The translations under genes were made by a program, and so were the position numbers. Source: a virus. From it: a stretch of 64,000 nt of DNA. Positions 9,590 to 19,011 of this stretch are shown in pieces. The stretch spans positions 37,154-101,153 of IMG/VR virus record IMGVR_UViG_3300049005_000030. One strand, given 5' to 3'. How positions within the stretch are numbered: the stretch's first letter is position 1; each line of letters begins with the position of its first letter. The notes under the pieces are model-generated. The model was not told the origin of the DNA. It worked only from the letters and a program-made list of their open reading frames with translations, and did not search any database.

Positions 9590-10725
9590 CCACACCCGAC
9601 ATCTCGGCGTACGTGGACCTGCGGATCTACGACATCACCGACCAGGAAATCGTCGACACGGCGATTGCGGCGGCCAAGCTGAACCTGCCGGGCTGGGTGC
9701 CGCGCGAGGGCAACAGCGAAGTTGTGATCATGGAGTCGCTGGCCCTGGAAATCGCCGAGGCCATCGTGGCCATCAACCGGCTGCCCGGGGCGGTCGTCCA
9801 GGCCCTGCTGCTGCTCGCCGGGGTCGACCGCGATTTCGGTATCGCCCCCATCGCCACCGTCACCTTCACCCTGGGCGACCTGCTGGGCCACTCCATCCCC
9901 GGCGGAACCAGGCTCTACCTCACTCTGGACGACGGCAGCACCGTCACCTTCCTGGTCGAACCGCCCGGTGTCGACATCCCGCCCGGCTCCAACACCGGCA
10001 CCTGCTCGGTCATCGGCGACGTGTTCACCGACCGGGCCAACGGCATCACCGCCGGCACCCGGCTGACCCTCGCCGACCCGGTGCCGTTCATCGAATCCGT
10101 GGTGCTGGCCACCAACGTCGCCGACGGCGCGTCCCCGGAGACGGACAACCAGTGGCGCGATCGGGGCGTCGCCCGGCTGTCGCGGCTGTCCGACGCCCTG
10201 GTGCTGCCCCGTCACTTCGAGGCCGCCGCGCTGGAAGACCCCGACGTGGCCCGTGCGGTCACCGTCGACCTGTACGACCCCGACAGCGGCCACAGCCCCG
10301 GCGGCGACCCCGGGCACATCACGGTGGCCGTGCTCGGCCCCGGCGGCGCCGCGCTGTCCACTGACGCGAAGGAAGCACTGCGCGTCAGCCTGGAAAGCCG
10401 CGCCGTGGCCATCCTTGTCGTGCACGTGGTCGACGCGACCATCGTCAACGTCAACATCACCGGGCAGGTCGTGCCGCTGGCCGGCTTCACCTGGACCGTC
10501 GTGCAGGCCAACGTGATCGCGGCCGTGCGTGCCTACCTCGACCCGCTGGTCTGGACCTACGGAGCCACCGTCTACATCAACGAGATGATCTCGCTGGTGG
10601 ACCGCGTTACCGGCGTGGACCGGGTCGTGTCCATCCAGATCAACGGCGTCAGCGCCGACTACACCCTTACCGGAGCCACGGCGCTGCCCAAGGCCAACAC
10701 CGTCTCGTTCACCCAGGGGCCGTGA
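9586..10725 (+). CDS. Baseplate J-like protein
   Basis: WVPREG, GASPETDNQWRDR, PGHITVAVL motifs; position after gp25. Confidence 0.85.
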   Translation: MTTPDISAYVDLRIYDITDQEIVDTAIAAAKLNLPGWVPREGNSEVVIMESLALEIAEAIVAINRLPGAVVQALLLLAGVDRDFGIAPIATVTFTLGDLLGHSIPGGTRLYLTLDDGSTVTFLVEPPGVDIPPGSNTGTCSVIGDVFTDRANGITAGTRLTLADPVPFIESVVLATNVADGASPETDNQWRDRGVARLSRLSDALVLPRHFEAAALEDPDVARAVTVDLYDPDSGHSPGGDPGHITVAVLGPGGAALSTDAKEALRVSLESRAVAILVVHVVDATIVNVNITGQVVPLAGFTWTVVQANVIAAVRAYLDPLVWTYGATVYINEMISLVDRVTGVDRVVSIQINGVSADYTLTGATALPKANTVSFTQGP

Positions 10726-11948
10726 TGACCACATCACTCGGCCACGAGCCGATGCCCGGCGACGGCACCGTGCCCTATATGTCGACCCTGGTGGACCGGC
10801 TTTACCGGCGGCTACCCGAGGTCTACCGGACCATGGACGCGGCGAACTCGGACTGGCCGCTCAAGCGCTACCTGGCCGGGTTGCTCACCACGGCCGGCGC
10901 CATCGGCGACACGTTCGACGCGATCCGGGGTGACTTCCCCGTCGGCCCAAGCACTCCGCAGCCCTGGGCGCTCTCGCCCGACGAACTGGCCGTGTGGACA
11001 GCCAACCGGATCAACCGCCCTTCGGCGCTGGGCGACCCGAACCAGGCCGATCCCGCATGGCTGCCGTGGCTGGCCCAGCTGGTCGGCGCGCCGCTGCCGC
11101 CCGGGGCCAGCGTGCAGGAACAGCGCGACACCATAGCCTTCGCGACATCCGGATGGCGCGGTGGCACCCGTCAGGCCATCGCCGACGCGGCCCGCACCGC
11201 GCTGACTGGCTCGATGTATGCCCAGGTCGCACCGCACACGATCCCCACCGACAGCGGTGGCACACAGGCCGGTGGCGTCTGGGACATCACGATCATCACC
11301 CGAGACAGCGAGACGCCCGATCCTGCCGCCGTGCTGAACGCGGTGCTGAGCAAGGGCGTAAAACCGGCCGGCGCCGTGCTGCATCACGCCACCTACGGCG
11401 CGAGTTGGGCACAGGTCGAGGCTGTGTTCCCGACCTGGTCGGACTGGAACGCGGCCACCTGGTCGCAGATCGAGCAGGCCGGCTTGGCCTACGTCGCCAA
11501 TCCCGCCAACCTGCTCACGTCCAACCCGTCGTTCGAGACCGACACCAGCGGCTGGACCAGCCTGGCCAACTCCACCACCTCGCGCCTGCTCGGTGGCGTC
11601 GACGGCCTGGGCGTGGGCCGCGTCACCGCCACCGCGTCCGGCACCATCGGCACCACCTCACCGGAAGCGCCCATCACCTCCGGCAACGCCCGGGTGTCGC
11701 TGTCGATCCGGCCCGCCGTCACCCGTGACGCGGAGATGGTGACCGAGTTCCGCGACGCCAGCCATGCGGCGCTGTCCAGCGTCACCGACTCGTTCCCCGC
11801 CACCCCGGGCGGCCAGTGGACGCGGCTGGCCGGGCTGCACGCCGTGCCCGCCAGCACTGCCTACGTGCGGATCACCATCCGGCTGCTGTCGATGGCCAGC
11901 GGTGAGCACTTCGACATCGACGCGGTGGACATCCGGAGGACCACGTGA
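10722..11948 (+). CDS. Baseplate wedge (P2 gpI-like) protein with C-terminal carbohydrate-binding-like domain
   Basis: LPEVYR...WLPWLAQLVG...GT...KPAG; C-terminal NLL.NPSFETDTSGW beta-sandwich start. Confidence 0.75.
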   Translation: MMTTSLGHEPMPGDGTVPYMSTLVDRLYRRLPEVYRTMDAANSDWPLKRYLAGLLTTAGAIGDTFDAIRGDFPVGPSTPQPWALSPDELAVWTANRINRPSALGDPNQADPAWLPWLAQLVGAPLPPGASVQEQRDTIAFATSGWRGGTRQAIADAARTALTGSMYAQVAPHTIPTDSGGTQAGGVWDITIITRDSETPDPAAVLNAVLSKGVKPAGAVLHHATYGASWAQVEAVFPTWSDWNAATWSQIEQAGLAYVANPANLLTSNPSFETDTSGWTSLANSTTSRLLGGVDGLGVGRVTATASGTIGTTSPEAPITSGNARVSLSIRPAVTRDAEMVTEFRDASHAALSSVTDSFPATPGGQWTRLAGLHAVPASTAYVRITIRLLSMASGEHFDIDAVDIRRTT

Positions 11949-13699
11949 CCGAGACCCGCACACCACGCTTCGGCTACCCGCAGTGGAACGCCGACACCGA
12001 CTCGCCCAGCCGCCTGGACTTCGACGAGTGGTCGAACGTCGCCGAGGCCAAGAACGCCTACGACGACGGCGCCACCTTCGCCACGCTGCCGACCACGGCC
12101 CTTGTGCAGGGCCGCTACGCCCTGGTCAACGCCACCGGCAACTACCGGACGCTGTACCGGCGCGACGACGCCGGCAGCTGGCGGTTCGTCGGCGGCGACA
12201 CCATCCCGGACACGCTGCGACTGCGGGCGCTGGCCGGGCAGGCCACCACGGCGCAGGCCCTGGCGCTGAGCCACCCCACCCTGACCAGTGCGTCGCTGAC
12301 CCTGGCCTATGACGGCTCGATCATGGCCGGCGGCAGCTTCCGCAGCTTCGACGCGAACGACGCGGCCAAGGGCGGCATCGTTGTCGGCTCGAACGCGGCC
12401 GTCGACCCCGTCAACAACGGCCGGCTCTACGTCACCACCCGCCAGACCGGCGACCGGGGCCTGGTCATCCAGCCCTACCTGCCGACCGGCGTCGACCCCG
12501 GATCCGGGGACCTGTTCACGGTGCGCGACACCAGCGGCACCGGACTGTTGGTCGTCAACGCCTCCGGGCAGTTGCGCGAGCAAGCACCCTCGGCCTTCGG
12601 CGGCGCGTCCATCCAGTCCACTGCCATGCTGGCCGTGTCGCCGTCCAGCTCGAACAGCGACACCGTCACCACCGGCCTGCTGCTCTACGGCCAGACCGGC
12701 ACCGGCGGCGCCAATCCGGCCAGCGCGAAATACCTGCTTCAGCTCTCGCGCGACTCCGGCGACCTCACTCCGGCGAACGCTATTGGCCTGGTCGCCCGCA
12801 ACGGCATCACCTGGGGACGGCTGCCCTGGGGCACCCCCAACACCGACGGCACCATCACGCTGGCCGCCAACACCCACTACCTGCGGTCCAGCTCGAACGC
12901 CTCCGCGTTCGTACAGTGGCGCTTCAGCGACCCCGCTCACGAGAACGACCCATCCAAGGACACCCCGTACTTCACCGCCTCGGCCACCGCGATGGCCTGG
13001 CGTATCCCGGCCCAGATCTCCAACGAGTACAGCAACGCCCGTCCCGCGCTGGACCTCTACCGGTTCGTTGACTACTCGAACCCGTTCCTGCGCGTCATCC
13101 GCGCGGTGCGGGTCGACCCGAACACCATCACCAGCACGCTGGTCGGCCAGTGGGAGGCCGACGGCCGGCAGCAGACCGGCGCGCCCTGGCGTGCCATGGG
13201 CACCATCCGCGACGGCCGGCAGCAGATCGCCCACGTCTGCCACAAGACGTTCGCCGCGCCGGGTGAGCCCGCAGACCACGGGCAACTCGTCAACCCGCTG
13301 GGCACCTTCGCCTACACCTGGCCGGTGATGACGCTGCATTCGGCCAGCGCGGCGGACATCGAACTGGACCTGATCACCGAATTCATGCTTGGGGCAGGGG
13401 CCAGTGGCCAGGACGACGCCCAGGCGGTCGGCCAGCAGTTCGCCATCTCGATCAACTCCGGCACGTTCTCCAACGTCGACACGGTGCGCGAGGTCGCCAG
13501 CGCCGTGCCCCGGGCGACCAACCGGCGCGCGGGCGCGACCTACCCCGCGCGGGTCCGCCTGCTGAACGTCGCGGCCGGCGCGCAGATCCAGGTCCGCACC
13601 ACATTGAGCGTGGGCGACGCGGCTCCAGTCATCTATATCCGCTCCCTGGATCTCCGGGTGTCGGAATTGGTGATCGAGTCGTATTCGCCGATCGCGTGA
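11945..13699 (+). CDS. Tail fibre / receptor-binding protein
   Basis: 584 aa Gly/Thr/Ser-rich, N-terminal TPRFGYPQW anchor, last gene of baseplate block. Confidence 0.65.
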   Translation: MTETRTPRFGYPQWNADTDSPSRLDFDEWSNVAEAKNAYDDGATFATLPTTALVQGRYALVNATGNYRTLYRRDDAGSWRFVGGDTIPDTLRLRALAGQATTAQALALSHPTLTSASLTLAYDGSIMAGGSFRSFDANDAAKGGIVVGSNAAVDPVNNGRLYVTTRQTGDRGLVIQPYLPTGVDPGSGDLFTVRDTSGTGLLVVNASGQLREQAPSAFGGASIQSTAMLAVSPSSSNSDTVTTGLLLYGQTGTGGANPASAKYLLQLSRDSGDLTPANAIGLVARNGITWGRLPWGTPNTDGTITLAANTHYLRSSSNASAFVQWRFSDPAHENDPSKDTPYFTASATAMAWRIPAQISNEYSNARPALDLYRFVDYSNPFLRVIRAVRVDPNTITSTLVGQWEADGRQQTGAPWRAMGTIRDGRQQIAHVCHKTFAAPGEPADHGQLVNPLGTFAYTWPVMTLHSASAADIELDLITEFMLGAGASGQDDAQAVGQQFAISINSGTFSNVDTVREVASAVPRATNRRAGATYPARVRLLNVAAGAQIQVRTTLSVGDAAPVIYIRSLDLRVSELVIESYSPIA

Positions 13700-13728
13700 G
13701 TGAACGCAACAACCGGGAGGGTACCACC

Positions 13729-13992
13729 GTGTATGAATTTATCGACAAGAATTCGGCAAGCCAGTTGCGAGCCGAGAGGATCCACCACCTCGAAGCCCAG
13801 CACTTCCGCCTGGGGCTGGAATTGGAGGAAGTTCCCGGAAACGAAGGAATCAAGGGTCAGATGGCCGAGATTGAACGGCGGATCGACATGCACCGCCGCA
13901 TCCTCGGAGCTGCCCCATTGAACACGTTGGAACAGGAGAACGGGCAAGAAGTCGTCACCGACTCCTCGGCCGAAGCGGCCGGGGGGGTGTAG
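13729..13992 (+). CDS. Small coiled-coil protein, possible fibre chaperone
   Basis: GTG 13729 with RBS GGGAGG; follows fibre gene. Confidence 0.5.
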   Translation: MYEFIDKNSASQLRAERIHHLEAQHFRLGLELEEVPGNEGIKGQMAEIERRIDMHRRILGAAPLNTLEQENGQEVVTDSSAEAAGGV

Positions 13993-14006
13993 CCGAGGGG
14001 GAACGC

Positions 14007-14420
14007 TTGGACGGCAAGGGATCGCGATGGACCAACGTCCACACGATGGTCAGCTGGCTGCGCCGATGGGGCCTGGCGGTGCTGAGTTACCTGCTGCTGT
14101 CCATGACCGGCGTGTTCGTGTTCACCGGCGATCCGTCGCCCACCCTGCTCAACCAGGGCGGCCCTGGCGTGGTCGTTGCATGGGGCCTGTTCTGCCTGGT
14201 CGGCGGCCTGCTCGCCGGGGCTGGATTCGTCATTCCCTACCCGCCGATGGAGTTGGTCGGTCTCGGTTTGGGGGCGACGGCGAGTCTGACCTGGTGCGCA
14301 GCGCTGGTGTTGCAGGCTGTGCAGAACCAAACCACCACGTCGCTGACGGCGGCGTGTATGGCGGCCGTGCTGGCCTTGGCCCAGGTGCAGCGCTGGATCG
14401 GGTTGCGGTCCCAGAGATAG
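14007..14420 (+). CDS. Four-helix membrane protein (lysis block)
   Basis: Four hydrophobic segments. Confidence 0.55.
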   Translation: MDGKGSRWTNVHTMVSWLRRWGLAVLSYLLLSMTGVFVFTGDPSPTLLNQGGPGVVVAWGLFCLVGGLLAGAGFVIPYPPMELVGLGLGATASLTWCAALVLQAVQNQTTTSLTAACMAAVLALAQVQRWIGLRSQR

Positions 14421-14440
14421 GAAGGGGTGGGCGAGTGGTG

Positions 14441-14800
14441 ATGACCGTGGCGGCAGCCAGTGACGTGTTTAGTTCGTCGGGAATCCTGAGCATTCTTCTC
14501 GGTGGCGGCCTGCTCACTGCGGTCATCGGTGCCTACCGATTCGTTGTGAACCTGCGCACGACGGAACGCGGGCTGGCCCGGAACCGGCTTCGCGACGCCA
14601 ACAGCGAGGCGCGGCGCGCGGAATACGAGTCGTCGCTATGGCAGAGCCGATGCGGTGACCTTGAGTACCTGCTCCGACAGAACGGTGTCACCGTTCCGCA
14701 CTACTCCAAGGAATTGCAGCGGCTGGTTGACTCGCCCGACAGCACCGAACTTGATCTGAGCAAGTTCGATGGGGGACCGAAGGGAGGCGCGAAGAAATGA
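14441..14800 (+). CDS. Single-TM coiled-coil membrane protein (lysis block)
   Basis: N-terminal GILSILLGGGLLTAVIG then charged helix; coupled to next gene. Confidence 0.55.
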   Translation: MTVAAASDVFSSSGILSILLGGGLLTAVIGAYRFVVNLRTTERGLARNRLRDANSEARRAEYESSLWQSRCGDLEYLLRQNGVTVPHYSKELQRLVDSPDSTELDLSKFDGGPKGGAKK

Positions 14801-15648
14801 GCACCGACAGCGACGCTGAGGCACGGCACGCCGAGCCGATCGACGTGGGCCGCTCGCGACGCGCCACGCGTGTCGCCCTCGCACTGCTGACCGGCGGTCT
14901 GGCCCTCGCGCTGGTGATGGCCATCCTGCTGATCGTCGGCAATCACCAGCAGAACCAGAAGATCGATTCCCAGGCGCAGGAGATCCGAACCAACGCCACC
15001 ACCCTCGGCCAGCTCGGCGCGGTCGTCAGCCAGCAAAATGACCTGTTTCGCCAGGTCTGCGAGGTGGCCGGCGGTCAGGTCGACAAGAATCCCGCCGCCC
15101 AGCAGGTGTGCCAGCGCGTACAGCGCGGCGAGCCCGCCGTGCCCACCCCAGCCGCCGTGCCCAAGGATGGCGTCGGCATCGACTACACCCGCCAGCTGGA
15201 CCGCTGTTACATCGAAGTCGGGCTGACCAACCACCAGGTCAACAGGTTCGGGCCGTTCTGCGGCGCCGACGGCGCGCCCGGCCCGACCGGGGCGACAGGC
15301 CCCGCCGGCCCCACGGGCCCGACCGGGGACAGCGGGCAGGACGGCCCGACCGGGGCGGCGGGACCCACCGGCGCGCAAGGGCAGCCCGGCGTCGGTATCG
15401 CCACCGTCGTCACCAGCTCTGACCACTGTTTCGTCGACGTCACCCTGACCGACAACACAGTGCACGTGGTCGGTCCGTTCTGCGGGCCCCCGGTCGGGGA
15501 GTACACGATGACCCTGGCTGACGGCACCCAGCAGCACTGCACACGCTCCGGCGGGGCCGACACCGCCCCCAACTACACCTGCACGCTGGTCGTCCCGACC
15601 ACCAGCACGGTGAACCCCGCTCGGCGCGGCACTACCACCCATCGCTGA
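14797..15648 (+). CDS. Membrane-anchored collagen-like protein
   Basis: N-terminal TM, coiled coil, G-X-Y run GAPGPTGATGPAGPTG, Cys pairs. Confidence 0.75.
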   Translation: MSTDSDAEARHAEPIDVGRSRRATRVALALLTGGLALALVMAILLIVGNHQQNQKIDSQAQEIRTNATTLGQLGAVVSQQNDLFRQVCEVAGGQVDKNPAAQQVCQRVQRGEPAVPTPAAVPKDGVGIDYTRQLDRCYIEVGLTNHQVNRFGPFCGADGAPGPTGATGPAGPTGPTGDSGQDGPTGAAGPTGAQGQPGVGIATVVTSSDHCFVDVTLTDNTVHVVGPFCGPPVGEYTMTLADGTQQHCTRSGGADTAPNYTCTLVVPTTSTVNPARRGTTTHR

Positions 15649-15716
15649 CCGGGCGTCACGATGAGGTCGAGAGGAACCCGCGCCGGAGGCTCCGGGCGGC
15701 CAGTGAGGAGAACACG

Positions 15717-16082
15717 ATGACCAACGGGTGGCTGTTGAAGACGGTGGCCGCGCTGATCGCGACCGCCCTGGTGGCGTTACAGACGGGCCTGGCCGATGGC
15801 GGTCTGTCCGTGCAGGACTGGATCATCACCGGGTCCACGGTGCTCGGCGCCCTGGGTGTGGCCATCGTGCCGAACACCCCGGAGCTGGGTGTGGCCAAGC
15901 TGGTGGTCGCAGCGATGACGGCCGGGTTCGTCGCGGCCCAGACGGCCATCTCCGACGGGACGATCAGCGGGTCGGAATGGATCACCGTCCTGATCGCCGC
16001 GCTGGGCGCGCTGGGCGTGTGGGCGGCGCCGGGCGCGGCTTCGCTGTTCGCGAACCGTCGCAGCGGTACCGTACGGCCATGA
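15717..16082 (+). CDS. Holin-like membrane protein (internal duplication)
   Basis: RBS GAGGAG; two copies of K.V.A...DG.(L/I)S..(D/E)WI....LGALGV..P. Confidence 0.65.
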   Translation: MTNGWLLKTVAALIATALVALQTGLADGGLSVQDWIITGSTVLGALGVAIVPNTPELGVAKLVVAAMTAGFVAAQTAISDGTISGSEWITVLIAALGALGVWAAPGAASLFANRRSGTVRP

Positions 16083-16348
16083 GCGACGACACCCAGCAGG
16101 ACCCGCATAGCGTCCGCCCCGAGGGGTTCGAGATCAAGTCGACCCCGGGCATCGTACCGGCCATGGTGCCGGCCATGGAGGGCGTGCACCACGGCGTGAT
16201 GCACCCGGGCGCGAGCAACGCCCCGGGCAGCGACGACCAGCCGCGTTCGGTCGCGCGCACCGAGGACAATGCGCGCACCGAGGACGACGAGAAAAAGTCG
16301 GCCGGCACGGCGCGCAAGGCTCCGGCCAAGGCCGCCGACGCGAAGTGA
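16079..16348 (+). CDS. Hypothetical low-complexity protein
   Basis: ATGA-coupled to holin; last + strand gene before convergence. Confidence 0.5.
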   Translation: MSDDTQQDPHSVRPEGFEIKSTPGIVPAMVPAMEGVHHGVMHPGASNAPGSDDQPRSVARTEDNARTEDDEKKSAGTARKAPAKAADAK

Positions 16349-16370
16349 TCCGCGAGGGCTGAACTTCCAA

Positions 16371-16664
16371 CTAAAACAGCGTTCTTATTGGAAGTTCAGC
16401 CCCCAGTGGCAAGCCAGCTTGGATCCGGTCCAGGTCGTGCACGGCGTCCAGCAGCGCCAGCGTCAGCCGGCCGGCCTCCGTGGCCGGGTCGAGCGCTTCG
16501 ACGCCACCCGGCAGCAGCAGACAGGCGGCCAGCATCTGCGCCGCGTCCACCACGCCGGACACCAGCCGCGCTACCGGGGGAGGTGGCGCGGCTGGTGATT
16601 GATCCATTGGATTGGCCAGACCGCCCTGCACCAGTCGAAGCTGCGGGCGGCCCGGCCCGTTCAT
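16371..16664 (-). CDS. Hypothetical protein
   Basis: Coupled to VRR-NUC stop. Confidence 0.45.
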   Translation of the reverse strand: MNGPGRPQLRLVQGGLANPMDQSPAAPPPPVARLVSGVVDAAQMLAACLLLPGGVEALDPATEAGRLTLALLDAVHDLDRIQAGLPLGAELPIRTLF

Positions 16665-17101
16665 CTCCCGCTCCCGTGCACTGCCGGGTCACCCGGTTCG
16701 GTCAGGGGATTGATCCACGGCACCGAGTCGTTCAGGTGGGCCAGGATCTCCCGGGCGTGCTCCACCGTCTCCGCCCAGCCGACCAGCGCGCCGGCCTTCT
16801 GCCAGTCGATCAGCCGCTGGAACTGTCGCCCGTCGGGACGCTTGCCCGGTCGCTTCATCTCGATGGCCACCATGCGGCCCCGGCAGCAGGCCATGACGTC
16901 CGGGTGGCCGCCCTCGGCGCGGTGGTCGCCGCTGGTCTTGAAAGCGTACGTGCACGGCAGGCTGTTCAACATCGCGATGACCTCGCGCGTGCGCGGCGTC
17001 TCCGACCGCCGGTCCCGCTCGGCCACCTTCTGCGCCCGCAGCGTCGGCGCCGGCCGCTCGTAGTCGTCGTCGTCGACCACCGTCATGAAGCCATCGGACA
17101 T
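16661..17101 (-). CDS. VRR-NUC family endonuclease
   Basis: GHPDVMAC..GR.VAIEMKRPG...Q......W..AG PD-(D/E)XK pattern. Confidence 0.8.
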   Translation of the reverse strand: MSDGFMTVVDDDDYERPAPTLRAQKVAERDRRSETPRTREVIAMLNSLPCTYAFKTSGDHRAEGGHPDVMACCRGRMVAIEMKRPGKRPDGRQFQRLIDWQKAGALVGWAETVEHAREILAHLNDSVPWINPLTEPGDPAVHGSGR

Positions 17102-18888
17102 GTCGGCAGCACCTCCAAGTCCGGGGGCAGCAGGTCGACGCGCTTGATGAAGTTGCGCGGGTTGTCCGGCGCGAGCACCCGCAGCTCCTCGCGGGCCCGG
17201 GTGACCGCCACATAGAACAGCCGGCGCATCTGGTCGCGGCCATTGATCGAGTCCAGCTGACCCACTCCGGCCGCCGACAGATCCGGGCTGACGTAGACCA
17301 CGTCCGACACGCCACCCTTGACCGAGTGGATGGTGCCGATCAGCACACGCGGGTTGTCGGCCAACGCGCGCACCCCGCGCTTGCGGACCACCTGCAACGG
17401 GAACGCGCACAGCTTGACCTTGCTGGCCATCAGCGCGCCCGCGAACCACTCCGGATCCGCCGACAGCACCCGGTCCAGATCGAACTCGTCCAGCCCGGGG
17501 AACAGCGCGGTGACGTCCTGCTCGCTGATCTCCCCCTTGGGCAGCGCGTCCAGGCTGGACTTGAGACCCCGACGCAGACCGGCCTTCTTGGTGTCCAGCA
17601 GCGGCACGAACGCCCGCAGGTCCTCGCCGGTCCACAGCCGGCCACGCTCCCCCATGCCCTCATGCGGCAGCAGGTAGCGGCTGACCCGCTCGGCGGTGGA
17701 CATGCCGTTGGCCGCGTTGAACGGGTTCCACCGGCTCTCGGACGGGCGCAGCGGGTTCCAGTACGGGATGCCGGCCTCCCGCAGGCCCCGGATCATCTGC
17801 TCCAGCATGTAGGTGCAGCTGGCTATGACCATGATCGTGCGGTCGGTGGCGAGCAGCTCGGCGTCAATCTCGCTGATCAGCTCGGCCGAGCCTAGCGACT
17901 GCGGCACCAGGTAGGCGGCGCCCTCGACCTTCACGCCGGTGTCGCGCATCGCCGGCCGGCCATCCTCGTCGACCACCGGTTTGCCGTTGTGTAGCAGCGG
18001 CTCCAACACGGTGCGCGGGTTGTAGACCTTCTCCTGCCGGGCGCTGATCCGGTGCACCCAGCGGTCGGCGATACGGTGCACCGCCCAGGGCACGCGGTGC
18101 GACTTGTCCAGCACCAGCCGGTCGACCTCGAACCCCTGGGATTCCAGGTCCAGCAGCAGCGTGGGATTCGCACCGCGCCATTCCATGATCGCCTGATCAT
18201 CGTCCAGCGCGATCACCACCGACTTCGCCAGCCGACCCCAGGCCAACACCAGCTGCACTTCCAGCGCGGTCAGGTCCTGGCCTTCGTCGACCACCAGCAC
18301 CATCGGGTTGCCGGGCGCCGGCTCTCCTGCACGGGCCAGCTCCAAGGCCAGCTCGATCATGTCGGTATAGTCGACCGCCTGCACCTCGTCCTTCCACTTG
18401 TGCCAGGCGGTGGCGAATGAGGCCAGGTCGGGCGGGTAGTCGGCGGGGTCCTCGCCCATCGCGCGAGCCTTGTCCAGCGACGAGATCAGGTCGTCGCCGC
18501 TGGCGGGCATGACGGTGTTGCCCCCGCCGCCCTCGGTCGCGGCGGCCGCGCTGGCGCGCCGGTTGTCCGGCGTGATGCGCCACTCCGAGCCAACGTCCTG
18601 GTTCCAGCCGGCGAGCACCTTCGGGTCCAGGGCGACGTCCAGACTGTGCCCGATGGCCCGGTAGGCCAGGCTGTGCAGAGTGCCCACGGCGCGGTCGGGA
18701 AGGCCGAGGCCGCGTCCGCTGATCTCACGGGCGGCGGTGACGGAGAAGCTGACGACGACCAGCGATTCGGGGCCGTGCTGCTCGACCACGCGGCGCACCT
18801 GATTGGTCAGGTAGTGGGTCTTGCCGGTGCCGGGCGGGCCGAACACAAGGTGAACTCGCCCCCTTGTGGATGCCTCGCTTTCGCTCAC
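17083..18888 (-). CDS. UvrD/Rep-like superfamily 1 helicase
   Basis: GPPGTGKT, GTLHS, VVDEGQD, DDDQAI, TIHSVKG, FYVAVTRAR. Confidence 0.92.
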   Translation of the reverse strand: MSESEASTRGRVHLVFGPPGTGKTHYLTNQVRRVVEQHGPESLVVVSFSVTAAREISGRGLGLPDRAVGTLHSLAYRAIGHSLDVALDPKVLAGWNQDVGSEWRITPDNRRASAAAATEGGGGNTVMPASGDDLISSLDKARAMGEDPADYPPDLASFATAWHKWKDEVQAVDYTDMIELALELARAGEPAPGNPMVLVVDEGQDLTALEVQLVLAWGRLAKSVVIALDDDQAIMEWRGANPTLLLDLESQGFEVDRLVLDKSHRVPWAVHRIADRWVHRISARQEKVYNPRTVLEPLLHNGKPVVDEDGRPAMRDTGVKVEGAAYLVPQSLGSAELISEIDAELLATDRTIMVIASCTYMLEQMIRGLREAGIPYWNPLRPSESRWNPFNAANGMSTAERVSRYLLPHEGMGERGRLWTGEDLRAFVPLLDTKKAGLRRGLKSSLDALPKGEISEQDVTALFPGLDEFDLDRVLSADPEWFAGALMASKVKLCAFPLQVVRKRGVRALADNPRVLIGTIHSVKGGVSDVVYVSPDLSAAGVGQLDSINGRDQMRRLFYVAVTRAREELRVLAPDNPRNFIKRVDLLPPDLEVLPTCPMAS

Positions 18889-19011
18889 GGTGTGTGTCCT
18901 CCAAGTGAATGCGGAACCGTCGTCACGACGGAAGATAACCCCGGATCGGGTGGACGTGCCAGGGCTTCCGGCGTGTCTTGCTTGCCTTGTGATGTCCTGT
19001 GTAGACGGCCT

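Noticed and set aside
1-13699. Stand-alone extracellular contractile injection system or tailocin
   Set aside because: Long tape measure, terminase, lysin and replication genes indicate a phage
16246-16287. Short tandem repeat GCGCGCACCGAGGAC twice
   Set aside because: Two-copy coding micro-duplication (ARTED) with no further structure
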